Origin: a bacterium
GTDB taxonomy: Bacteria > Patescibacteriota > Saccharimonadia > Saccharimonadales > DATKHC01
Reading direction: 5' to 3'
DNA: 64,000 bases
Assembly (NCBI GenBank): GCA_021781215.1
Contig: JAJXXC010000008.1
Coordinates: forward strand, 6,965-70,964
Each line of letters begins with the position of its first letter. The stretch's first letter is position 1. The translations under genes and the position numbers were made by a program. This document shows, piece after piece, positions 8,265 to 16,788 of this stretch. The notes beneath the pieces are model-generated. The model did not search any database and was not told the origin of the DNA. It worked only from the letters and a program-made list of their open reading frames with translations.

Positions 8265-10013
8265 ATGGTCGCAGATAAATATTACAAGATATATAGATGG
8301 TTTCTATTGGCGAGTTCAATAGGGATGATCATAGCCTGGGCCGTTTTTAACCTAGTGCCATCATTAAAAAACTCTGCGTCGAAGGACGGCTTAATACTTG
8401 CAGTCCTTATTTCTAACACTATATCCGTAATCTATCTTTTGGCATTCTTCAACATTGTTGGCAAAAAATTTAACTATTGGCAATCAACACTTTTAGGTTT
8501 ATTAATATTTACATTTGGAGTTGGAGCGGCAATTAGGATAGATACCGTATCTCATTCTGGAATCGCTTTGCTTTATTTTGTCATCGTATGGCTAATCCAA
8601 ATGGCATGGTCGGGGATATTTGGTTGGCAGGCAATTGTAATTTTGAACTTTTTTACCATAACTTTTGTCTATTTTGGAGGCTTCTCGAATAAATATCTTC
8701 TCTTAATGGTATTTGGCGGTTTAATTCTAAGCCCACTATTTCAGATATTAGTATGGGGGAAACTTCAGGGTAAGGTTTTCGATGGGATAAATCGAAATAA
8801 TAAAATAAATCCTCTTAGCGGGACAATGGGTGAATCAAGGTCTAGTGCGGAAGGGCTAATCAATTCAATCAACGAGGGTGTAGTTGTAATCGACAAAACT
8901 AGTAGAATTACTATTTTTAATCCGACGGCCGAAGTTCTAACTGAATGGTCTTCTGATGATGCGAAGAATATTGACGTCAATTTAGTTGTAAAAATACTCC
9001 AAGAAAATGGTCAACCTTTTTCCCAACAAGACAATCCATTTAATTCCATCCTTCAGACACAAAAAAAGATTGATTCGACTGTGCAACTAGTAAGCAAATC
9101 AGGCAAACAAATCTTTATTTCTTTAGTGGCTGCGCCAATTATCGTTAACGGCCAAATGACCGGAGTGGCCTTTACTATGAGGGATATCACGGTTCAGCGA
9201 AATGCCGAGCAACAAAAATTAGACTTTATATCAACCGCTAGTCACGAAATGCGTACCCCGGTAGCGGCTATAGAAGGGTATTTATCTCTGGCCCTAAACG
9301 ACAAAACTAGTAGTATCGATGCAAGGGCAAGGGGATTTCTAGAAAAGGCTCATAATAGCACTAGGCAATTAGGCAAACTATTTCAAGATTTATTAAACAG
9401 CTCTAAGGCGGAAGACGGCAGATTAACCAATCACCCGGAAGTTATTGAGCTAAGTGATTACATTAGTAAAATGGCGGAAGGATTTCAACTTGCTGCAGAA
9501 CAAAAGCATCTAATAGTAAACTTTACACTTATAAATACTAAACCCGACCAAGCAGCCCCTCAGGGCAAAATAATTACACCCTTATTTTACGTATACGTTG
9601 ACCCAAGTCGCCTAATGGAAGTATTAACCAACCTGTTTGATAACGCCGTAAAATATACTGAAGCCGGAAGTATTACCATAGGCCTTGGTGGTACCGACAC
9701 TGAAGTTACATTATCAGTCAAAGATACTGGTGTCGGCATACCGGCCGAGAGCATCGATCATCTATTTCAAAAATTTTACCGAGTAGACAATTCGGCGGTT
9801 AGAACTATTGGCGGGACAGGATTAGGGCTATATATAAGTAAAAAAATTGTCGAACTATACAGAGGAAGAATCTGGGCTGAAAGCGAAGTTGGAAAGGGTA
9901 CTACTTTCTTTATTAATTTACCTAGACTATCCCAACAACAGGTTGAAACCCTTAGATCTCAAAACGATTCGCAAACACAAACTACTACATCGGCAATTAA
10001 TCCAACGGTGTAA
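8265..10013 (+). CDS. Membrane sensor histidine kinase (multi-TM N-terminus, PAS-like, HisKA, HATPase_c)
   Basis: The N-terminal half is hydrophobic. It has an H-box FISTASHEMRTPVAAIEGY, an N-box LFDNAVKYT, a G1 box DTGVGI and a G2 box GGTGLGL. Confidence 0.9.
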   Translation: MVADKYYKIYRWFLLASSIGMIIAWAVFNLVPSLKNSASKDGLILAVLISNTISVIYLLAFFNIVGKKFNYWQSTLLGLLIFTFGVGAAIRIDTVSHSGIALLYFVIVWLIQMAWSGIFGWQAIVILNFFTITFVYFGGFSNKYLLLMVFGGLILSPLFQILVWGKLQGKVFDGINRNNKINPLSGTMGESRSSAEGLINSINEGVVVIDKTSRITIFNPTAEVLTEWSSDDAKNIDVNLVVKILQENGQPFSQQDNPFNSILQTQKKIDSTVQLVSKSGKQIFISLVAAPIIVNGQMTGVAFTMRDITVQRNAEQQKLDFISTASHEMRTPVAAIEGYLSLALNDKTSSIDARARGFLEKAHNSTRQLGKLFQDLLNSSKAEDGRLTNHPEVIELSDYISKMAEGFQLAAEQKHLIVNFTLINTKPDQAAPQGKIITPLFYVYVDPSRLMEVLTNLFDNAVKYTEAGSITIGLGGTDTEVTLSVKDTGVGIPAESIDHLFQKFYRVDNSAVRTIGGTGLGLYISKKIVELYRGRIWAESEVGKGTTFFINLPRLSQQQVETLRSQNDSQTQTTTSAINPTV

Positions 10014-10083
10014 TGTTTCCATGATATAATCATAATCAGTATAATATTTACAATTCTTAACAAACTAAAAAAGGAATAAAACC

Positions 10084-11040
10084 GTGACTAAAATAATGTT
10101 AGTCGAAGACGACAACAACTTAAGAGAGATTTATCAAGCCCGTCTAAATAGTGAAGGCTATGAAACCGTTACGGCTTCTGATGGAGAGGAAGCTTTATCT
10201 ATCGTTGGTCGCGAAAAACCTGATCTAATTATCCTTGATGTTATGATGCCTAAGATTAGTGGTTTCGATACCCTAGACCTACTTAAAAACTCGCCCGTGA
10301 CTAAAGATATTAAAGTAATAATGATGACTGCATTGTCTCAAGCCGAAGATAGAGCCAGGGCTGAAAAGCTTGGTGCCCAAAATTATCTTGTAAAATCTCA
10401 AGTAACACTTGAGGATATCGTTAAGGCTGTAAAGGATGCTATAAGTGGCGTAGACGCTTACTCTGCGGAGGCGCCATCAAATTCAGCACAAGCTACAACT
10501 ACTTCGGTTTTTAATTCAGCACCAGTTGAGCAACCGGTTCCAACAACCAATGATTCAATGGTCACACCAACAGCCGAGCCATCACTAACCGAGCCACAAC
10601 CAAGCGAGATGGTTTCTCCTCAGATTCCATCAGAAGCTCCAATAGAAAACCCCGTAGTTAACCCTACGGATGCAATGAATGTTGAGCATGTAGATAATCC
10701 TATGGCTCAACAAGAAACAGCTCCAGATAATATGGCTACAGCTGTAGATTTCAATTCAGCACCAATTGAGCAACCGGCTCCAGTAACCAATGAGGCGATG
10801 GTCGCGCCAATAGCCGAGCCATCATTGCCTGAAGCGCAGCCAGCTGAAATGTTTTCTCCTCCAGCTCCAATAGAAACCCCAATAGTAAACCCTACTGACG
10901 CTATGAATGTTGAGCATGTAGATAATCCTATGACTCCACAAGAAGCTACGACTCCAGATAATATTACAGCCCCGCTAAATACCGACTCAAACCAACCAAT
11001 TGCTCAATCCGAGCAAATCAACACTAATACTCAGATTTAA
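10084..11040 (+). CDS. Response regulator: canonical receiver domain plus about 190-aa Pro/Thr/Glu/Ala-rich tail with an internal duplication; no recognisable output domain
   Basis: It has a GTG start. The receiver motifs are intact: VEDD, LIILDVMMP (phospho-Asp), MMTAL and LVKS. The tail is low-complexity and repeated. Confidence 0.85.
   Translation: MTKIMLVEDDNNLREIYQARLNSEGYETVTASDGEEALSIVGREKPDLIILDVMMPKISGFDTLDLLKNSPVTKDIKVIMMTALSQAEDRARAEKLGAQNYLVKSQVTLEDIVKAVKDAISGVDAYSAEAPSNSAQATTTSVFNSAPVEQPVPTTNDSMVTPTAEPSLTEPQPSEMVSPQIPSEAPIENPVVNPTDAMNVEHVDNPMAQQETAPDNMATAVDFNSAPIEQPAPVTNEAMVAPIAEPSLPEAQPAEMFSPPAPIETPIVNPTDAMNVEHVDNPMTPQEATTPDNITAPLNTDSNQPIAQSEQINTNTQI
10510..10975 (+). repeat. 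Tandem in-frame duplication, period 240 nt (80 codons), two copies inside the response-regulator tail
   Basis: Copy 1 starts FNSAPVEQPVPTTNDSMVTPTAEPSL...NPTDAMNVEHVDNPM at 10510. Copy 2 starts FNSAPIEQPAPVTNEAMVAPIAEPSL...NPTDAMNVEHVDNPM at 10750. Long identical nucleotide runs occur, for example aatgttgagcatgtagataatcctatg. Confidence 0.9.
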
Positions 11041-11051
11041 GACATATATCG

Positions 11052-11708
11052 ATGCGTATTAATCAATTCGTAGCCCAAGCTACAGGTTTAAGCCGTCGAA
11101 AATCAGATAAAATAATTAAAGATGGGCGTGTAACAGTTAATGGCTTGCTGGCCTATCTAGGTCAACAAGTTGAACCTAAGGATATTATTAATTACGACTC
11201 CCAGACTCTTAAGCTAGCAAAAAACCATGTAACCTTATTATTAAATAAGCCAATCGATTATGTGTGCTCTAGGGATGGCCAGGGCAGTAAGACTATTTAT
11301 GAGTTGATACCAGATAGTTATAGAAAGCTAAAGTCCGTTGGTAGACTCGACAAGGATTCGTCGGGATTAATTGTATTAACAGACGACGGACAACTCGCTC
11401 AAAAATTATCTCACCCAAGTTTCAATAAACAAAAAATTTACGAAGTTAAACTGAATAGAGAATTAACTACTGGAGAGATAGATCAGCTACAAAACGGTCA
11501 GATCAGATTAGATAAAAAACCCAGTATTCTTAAAATTAAAAAAATAAAAAACAGATTATACCTAATTACTATATCTGAAGGCAGAAATCGTCAAATTAGA
11601 CGTACTTTTGATAAATTAAATATTCTGGTGACCGAGCTAAATCGCATTCAATTTGGGTCATATAAACTCAAGGATCTAAAGGGCAGGAATTGGATTAAAC
11701 TGAACTAA
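11052..11708 (+). CDS. Pseudouridine synthase, RsuA/RluB family (S4 domain + catalytic domain)
   Basis: An N-terminal S4-like domain (RINQFVAQATGLSRRKSDKIIKDGRVTVNG) is followed by the catalytic block GRLDKDSSGLIVLTDDG. Confidence 0.85.
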   Translation: MRINQFVAQATGLSRRKSDKIIKDGRVTVNGLLAYLGQQVEPKDIINYDSQTLKLAKNHVTLLLNKPIDYVCSRDGQGSKTIYELIPDSYRKLKSVGRLDKDSSGLIVLTDDGQLAQKLSHPSFNKQKIYEVKLNRELTTGEIDQLQNGQIRLDKKPSILKIKKIKNRLYLITISEGRNRQIRRTFDKLNILVTELNRIQFGSYKLKDLKGRNWIKLN

Positions 11709-11736
11709 ACCAAAAATAGCAAATACAATAGTTTTA

Positions 11737-11745
11737 TGATATAAT
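11737..11745 (+). promoter_or_regulatory. Extended -10 element (TGATATAAT) upstream of der
   Basis: TGnTATAAT lies about 44 nt upstream of the der ATG. Confidence 0.4.
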
Positions 11746-11788
11746 ATAGCATAAATACAGTTTGTTAAAGAAAGAAAAATATACTTAA

Positions 11789-13150
11789 ATGAAAAAACTA
11801 CCAATTATAGCTATTGTAGGAAGAGCAAATGTGGGAAAATCCAGTATCTTCAACACGCTACTTAGGACTCGTGAGGCAATTGTTGCTAAAGAAGCGGGCA
11901 CTACCAGAGATTCAATCATGGGTAAGGTGAGCTACGGTAATCAAGATTTTTGGATAGTTGATACAGCCGGGATGAAGGATGCGGCTGACGACTTCGAGGC
12001 AACTATCCAAGAGCAAATTACACAAGCCGTTGATAGCGCTGAAGTAATTTGTGTAGTAATTGAGGCTGACACTATTCTTACTAACGAGGATAGAAAAGTT
12101 GCTCAACTGGCACTTAAGAGTAAGAAACCCATAGTCCTAATCGTGAATAAGGTAGACAAGGTTAAAAACTTTGAAGTGTCTGATTATCAAAAATTAGGAA
12201 TCAAAACTATACTCCCAACTAGTGCGACTCAAACAAGAGGATTTGACGCTCTTTTAGAAGAATTAACTAATCTAATACCGAAAACTAAAGACCGAGACAA
12301 TGATGATATTATTCGTTTAGCAATAGTTGGACGACCCAACGTTGGAAAATCACAGCTGTTTAACACTCTCCTGAAAAAACAACAGGCTGTAGTAGCTGAT
12401 CGTGCCGGTACCACTAGAGATGTAAATAAAATATCAATTAGATTCGAAAACAAACAAATCCAATTAATGGACACGGCCGGCATTAGACGAAGCGGCAAAA
12501 TCGGTCAGGGAATCGAACATTTCAGCGTCATTAGGACCTTAGCTGCTATTGAAAGTTCAGATATTTGTTTACTATTAATTGACGTAAATGAACTTAGCGT
12601 AGCATTAGATCAAAAAATAGCAGGCATGGTCAAGGATGCAAATAAGGGGCTCATTATAGTAGTTAGTAAGTGGGATAGCCTGGATGAAAAAACGCCATAT
12701 ATACATGATGAGTTAATCCCAAGGATAAGACACGAGTACCAGTTCGTACCATGGGCTCCGGTAGTATTTACGAGTGCCATAACCGGACAGAATGTGACTA
12801 AGCTACTCTCTCTAAGTCTAGAGATTTTTACCTCAAGAAACAGAAAAATTAAAACTAGTGAATTAAATAAATGGCTGAGGGATGCTTTGGCTAAACACCC
12901 GCCTGCAGGACTTAAGAATACCAATCCAAAATTAAACTACATGCTCCAAGAAGATGATAATAGTAGTCCAAACTTTAAGATCTACGGTTCTCACACTAGG
13001 TATCTGCACTGGAGTTATAAACGATTCCTTGAAAGAGAGTTGCGAGAAAAATACGATTTTGCAGGTACGGCAATTAAATTATGGTTCTTTGAAAAACATA
13101 TTGATAGAATAAAAAAACCTATAAAATTACCTCCATACAGGAAATCATAA
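11789..13150 (+). CDS. der: GTPase Der (EngA), tandem GTPase domains + KH-like C-terminus
   Basis: It has two P-loops (GRANVGKSS and GRPNVGKSQ), two DTAG motifs and NKVD/SKWD motifs. Confidence 0.95.
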   Translation: MKKLPIIAIVGRANVGKSSIFNTLLRTREAIVAKEAGTTRDSIMGKVSYGNQDFWIVDTAGMKDAADDFEATIQEQITQAVDSAEVICVVIEADTILTNEDRKVAQLALKSKKPIVLIVNKVDKVKNFEVSDYQKLGIKTILPTSATQTRGFDALLEELTNLIPKTKDRDNDDIIRLAIVGRPNVGKSQLFNTLLKKQQAVVADRAGTTRDVNKISIRFENKQIQLMDTAGIRRSGKIGQGIEHFSVIRTLAAIESSDICLLLIDVNELSVALDQKIAGMVKDANKGLIIVVSKWDSLDEKTPYIHDELIPRIRHEYQFVPWAPVVFTSAITGQNVTKLLSLSLEIFTSRNRKIKTSELNKWLRDALAKHPPAGLKNTNPKLNYMLQEDDNSSPNFKIYGSHTRYLHWSYKRFLERELREKYDFAGTAIKLWFFEKHIDRIKKPIKLPPYRKS

Positions 13151-13151
13151 T

Positions 13152-13790
13152 ATGGGTCTATTTGTTAATAAACCACTGCCCAGTGACAATAAATACTTCT
13201 ACACTTTGGGACAAACTAAGACCGTGCTTATCGTTGGACTAGGAAATATCGGTAAAGAATTTAACCATACGAGGCACAATATTGGCTTTGATTGCTTGGA
13301 TTTTTTTCTTGGAAAAAACACCCAAATGAGCCAATGGATAGAAAAAAAGAACCTTAAATGTCATGTTAGTATGGGTCAATTTGGTGACACTCGAACAATA
13401 GCAATAAAGCCAACGACATATATGAATCTAAGTGGAGAATCGGTTGAGTTGGTATTAAATTTTTATAAGATAAGACCTGAAGATATTTTAGTAGTCCACG
13501 ATGAGTTAGATATAGATTTTGGACATATAAGGCTTAGACTTGGTGGTAGTAGCGCAGGGAATAATGGCGTCCAGTCAGTTATAGATAAAATAGGTGATAA
13601 TTTTAATAGAATTAGGATAGGTATTGGTCCTAAAAACAGCAAAATACCAGCCGATAAATTTGTTATAGCTAGATTTAATAAAGACGAAGATTTAAGTATT
13701 CAAGAGCTTAAAAAAGAAGTGCAGTCAATTATTACTGAATTTATATATGGTGGAAAAATAAACCAAGAAACTAGATCTTTTTTGTCATAA
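13152..13790 (+). CDS. pth: Peptidyl-tRNA hydrolase
   Basis: It contains LIVGLGNIGKEFNHTRHNIGF and VHDELD blocks. The ATG lies 1 nt after the der stop. This start gives about 25 aa more N-terminal sequence than typical Pth, and an internal GTG start is possible. Confidence 0.9.
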   Translation: MGLFVNKPLPSDNKYFYTLGQTKTVLIVGLGNIGKEFNHTRHNIGFDCLDFFLGKNTQMSQWIEKKNLKCHVSMGQFGDTRTIAIKPTTYMNLSGESVELVLNFYKIRPEDILVVHDELDIDFGHIRLRLGGSSAGNNGVQSVIDKIGDNFNRIRIGIGPKNSKIPADKFVIARFNKDEDLSIQELKKEVQSIITEFIYGGKINQETRSFLS

Positions 13791-13833
13791 AAAAAACGAA
13801 CCTACAGAGGGGGTGGGCACCGCTGTAGGTTCG
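13789..13833 (-). terminator. Intrinsic-terminator-like hairpin oriented for the minus strand (11-bp perfect stem, 15-nt loop, U8 tail)
   Basis: CGAACCTACAG (13797-13807) pairs with CTGTAGGTTCG (13823-13833). A8 at 13789-13796 becomes T8 after the hairpin on the minus strand. There is no T-run on the plus-strand side. Confidence 0.45.
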
Positions 13834-13871
13834 ATTATACCCTTCAACCCACCTGAGTGAAGCGTCAAATA

Positions 13872-14325
13872 CCTTAATCCATAATGGTAATGCGCCGACC
13901 GTTAAAAGTCGTTTTGGAAGACTCACTGACCCACCAAAAGGGTCCAAGCCATCATATAAATATGACAGAGAGGAGTGTTAAAGGGGTTAGTATGCTTTAG
14001 AGCGCATATTAGCTCAAAATAAATTTGAGCAGACGCACATTAGATAGTGGAGGGTAACAACTTACTTATGGCACGCTCTAAAACAATCTAACTATAATAG
14101 TTAGAATAGGGGTATAAGGTACATAAGTCATGAATATCATGCTTACAGGTTGCCATTTTAGCAAATATATGTTTTGCTGTCAATACTATTTAAGCAATGC
14201 GTATTATTGTCAAATTTCTTATGCTTGTAGTAAAATATGTTATACCAGGCAACCTAGATAGAGCTTGCATAAAACCAAGCAGTCCAGTAATCTTACAGTT
14301 TGGATATATAAATTAATTAAGGATT
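13872..14325 (+). ncRNA. rnpB: Probable RNase P RNA (bacterial type A-like, atypical); ends approximate
   Basis: The 537-nt ORF-free gap has collinear plus-strand matches to conserved type-A blocks. These are GGGUCCAAGCC (P4 5' strand, 13940-13950), ACAGAGAG (13965-13972), GUUAAAGGGG...UUAGAGCGCA (13977-14006) and GGCACGCUCUAAAAC (14070-14084). They continue with AAUAGGGGUAUAAGGUAC (14105-14122), CCUAGAUAGAGC (14253-14264), a P18-like hairpin (14263-14280) and ACAGUUUGGAU (P4 3' strand, 14295-14305). GUCCAAGC/GUUUGGAU can form P4. The J3/4 region deviates from the consensus GAGGAAAGUCC. Confidence 0.6.
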
Positions 14326-14327
14326 AA

Positions 14328-16613
14328 ATGAGCAAGCAACTAGTTATTGTAGAGAGTCCTGCAAAGGCAAAAACCATAGAAAAATACTTAGGCAGCTCCT
14401 ACCAAGTGATGAGTAGTTTTGGCCATATTCGTGATTTACCAAAGAAACATTTAAACATAGACGTTAATGATAATTTTAAACCCACCTATGAAGTTAGTGA
14501 TGATAAGAAAAAAGTCGTTTCGGCCCTAAAAAAAGCTGCGAAAGAATCAGAACAGGTATGGCTAGCTAGTGATGAGGATAGGGAAGGAGAAGCAATAGCT
14601 TGGCACTTATGCTATGCACTAGGTCTAGATCCTAAAACTACAAAACGAATTGTATTCCATGAGATAACTAAATCAGCTATAACCGAAGCTATTAAGCACC
14701 CTAGGGTTATAGATATTAATCTAGTAGACGCTCAACAGGCCAGAAGAATACTTGATAGGCTCGTTGGCTATGAGCTAAGTCCGGTGCTTTGGAAAAAAGT
14801 CAGACCACAGCTTAGTGCCGGAAGAGTCCAATCAGTAGCAGTAAGACTGATTGTTGAAAGAGAAAGAGAAATAAATTCTTTTACACCAACGAGTGAGTAT
14901 AGAGTAAACGCACAATTTAAACTAGAAGACACTCAGCTACCCGCAGAGCTAAATACTAGATTTAAAAATCTAGAAGAGACTAAAGAATTTTTAGAGGGCT
15001 GTATAGGTTCTAAGTTTACGGTTTCAAAAATAGACGACAAGCCCGGTAAGCGAACACCAGGAGTGCCATTTACAACCAGCACGCTACAACAAGAGGCGTC
15101 TAGGGCACTTGGTTTCAGTGTTAGACAAACAATGACTCTAGCCCAAAAACTATATGAGAACGGTATTATCACATATATGAGGACTGACTCCCCAACACTA
15201 TCCGAACAATCTCTCGGCAATATTAAAGATTATGTAATTAACACTTTTGGACAAGATTATTATCACAGAAGACAATTCAAATCTAAACACTCGAGTGCTC
15301 AAGAAGCCCATGAAGCAATCAGACCAACTGATCTAAGTATTGATAAAGTACAGGACGAAGGACAGAATAGATTATACAATTTGATCTGGAGAAGAACCGT
15401 TGCAAGCCAGATGGCAGAAGCCAAATTAGCAAAAACTGAAATTACCGTTACTGTAGACAAAAGAAAAGAACTATTTTTAGCCAAGGGCGAAGTTGTGATA
15501 TTCGATGGTTTTCTAAAAGTATCGGGCAGAGCAACAAAAGACATCTTATTACCGAAGTTATCTGAAGGACAAAACCTAGACTATGATCAAATAATTGGGA
15601 GGCAAAATTTCTCCAAACCCAAGCCAAGATACTCTGAAGCAAGTTTAGTTAAAAAATTAGAAGAGCTCGGTATCGGCAGGCCAAGTACATATGCACCAAC
15701 TATTTCAACCATCCAAAACAGAGGATATGTTGAAAAAACAGATTTAGAAGGCAAGGAACGGCCAGTAGAAACAATAACCCTGTCCAACGATTCACTCTCC
15801 GAAACTGTTGAATTAGAAAACTACGGACAAGATAAATCTAAATTATTACCCACCCCAACAGCCGACGTTACGACCGACTTTCTGATGAAAAACTTTGGAT
15901 CAATTGTAGATTACGATTTTACGGCTAAGGCTGAGAAAGATTTCGATCTCGTAGCTGAAGGCAAAGAAAAATGGCAAGCGATGCTACAAAAATTCTATTC
16001 TGACTTTCATGAATTAGTAATTAAATCCGATAGCGTAACTAGGGAAGAGAGCACACAAACTAGACTAGTGGGCAAGGATCCAAAATCCGGAGAACAGATT
16101 TTTGCTAGGTATGGTAGGTTTGGCCCAATGTTACAAAAAGGTGACGCAGCGGATGAAGATAAAAAACCGGCATTTGCTTCATTGCCCAAAGATACTACTA
16201 TCGAAAGCGTAACCCTCGAACAGGCACTGGAGATGTTTAGCCTGCCAAGAATTGTCGGCAAAACGGATGACGGGCAAGAAATCACTGCCAACATCGGACG
16301 TTTTGGCCCATATATTAAAATCGACAAAACTTTTATATCTATAAAACCCCTAGATCCCTTATCTATAACCGAAGCAGAGGCAAGAACATACTATCTAGAA
16401 AATAAAGAAAAATTATCCAAGAAATATATAAAAGAATTTGATAGTGGCATTAAAATTGTTAATGGGCCCTACGGACCCTACGTAACAGATGGAAAGAAAA
16501 ACGGAAAAATACCTAAGGATACAGACGAAAATAAATTAACTGAGGCGGAAGCCAAGGAAATACTTGCAAAAGCACCAGCCAAAAAAAGATCTTTTAGAAG
16601 AAAGAAAAAATAA
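14328..16613 (+). CDS. topA: DNA topoisomerase I (type IA), Cys-free C-terminal repeats and Lys-rich tail
   Basis: It has Toprim motifs (VIVESPAKAKTI, SDEDREGEAIAWH), the active-site YMRTDS, and C-terminal GRFGPM/GRFGPY/NGPYGPY repeats. Confidence 0.95.
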   Translation: MSKQLVIVESPAKAKTIEKYLGSSYQVMSSFGHIRDLPKKHLNIDVNDNFKPTYEVSDDKKKVVSALKKAAKESEQVWLASDEDREGEAIAWHLCYALGLDPKTTKRIVFHEITKSAITEAIKHPRVIDINLVDAQQARRILDRLVGYELSPVLWKKVRPQLSAGRVQSVAVRLIVEREREINSFTPTSEYRVNAQFKLEDTQLPAELNTRFKNLEETKEFLEGCIGSKFTVSKIDDKPGKRTPGVPFTTSTLQQEASRALGFSVRQTMTLAQKLYENGIITYMRTDSPTLSEQSLGNIKDYVINTFGQDYYHRRQFKSKHSSAQEAHEAIRPTDLSIDKVQDEGQNRLYNLIWRRTVASQMAEAKLAKTEITVTVDKRKELFLAKGEVVIFDGFLKVSGRATKDILLPKLSEGQNLDYDQIIGRQNFSKPKPRYSEASLVKKLEELGIGRPSTYAPTISTIQNRGYVEKTDLEGKERPVETITLSNDSLSETVELENYGQDKSKLLPTPTADVTTDFLMKNFGSIVDYDFTAKAEKDFDLVAEGKEKWQAMLQKFYSDFHELVIKSDSVTREESTQTRLVGKDPKSGEQIFARYGRFGPMLQKGDAADEDKKPAFASLPKDTTIESVTLEQALEMFSLPRIVGKTDDGQEITANIGRFGPYIKIDKTFISIKPLDPLSITEAEARTYYLENKEKLSKKYIKEFDSGIKIVNGPYGPYVTDGKKNGKIPKDTDENKLTEAEAKEILAKAPAKKRSFRRKKK

Positions 16614-16730
16614 AAATAACTTCATAACAAAACCACCATTTAAAATAATAATGTTATAGAAGTATTGTATTCACATATTTTGTGTTTTTATGTCTATTTA
16701 ATGTTACAATAGTATTAAGATACTTTAGTA

Positions 16731-16759
16731 TTGACTTAGAGGGAAATTTATTATAAAAT
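16731..16759 (+). promoter_or_regulatory. Sigma70-type promoter (TTGACT-17 nt-TAAAAT) for the 16789 gene
   Basis: The -35 TTGACT is at 16731-16736 and the -10 TAAAAT at 16754-16759, with a GGAG Shine-Dalgarno before the ATG at 16789. Confidence 0.5.
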
Positions 16760-16788
16760 AAGAGCAATGAACTGCTCTGGAGATAATA

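Noticed and set aside
13811-13845. GGGGGTGGGCACCGCTGTAGGTTCGATT resembles a tmRNA 5' end (GGGG...GGATTCGAC)
   Set aside because: No matching 3' acceptor strand, T-arm or CCA, and no plausible tag reading frame ending in hydrophobic residues, was found within 600 nt on either strand. The segment is better explained as a hairpin loop.
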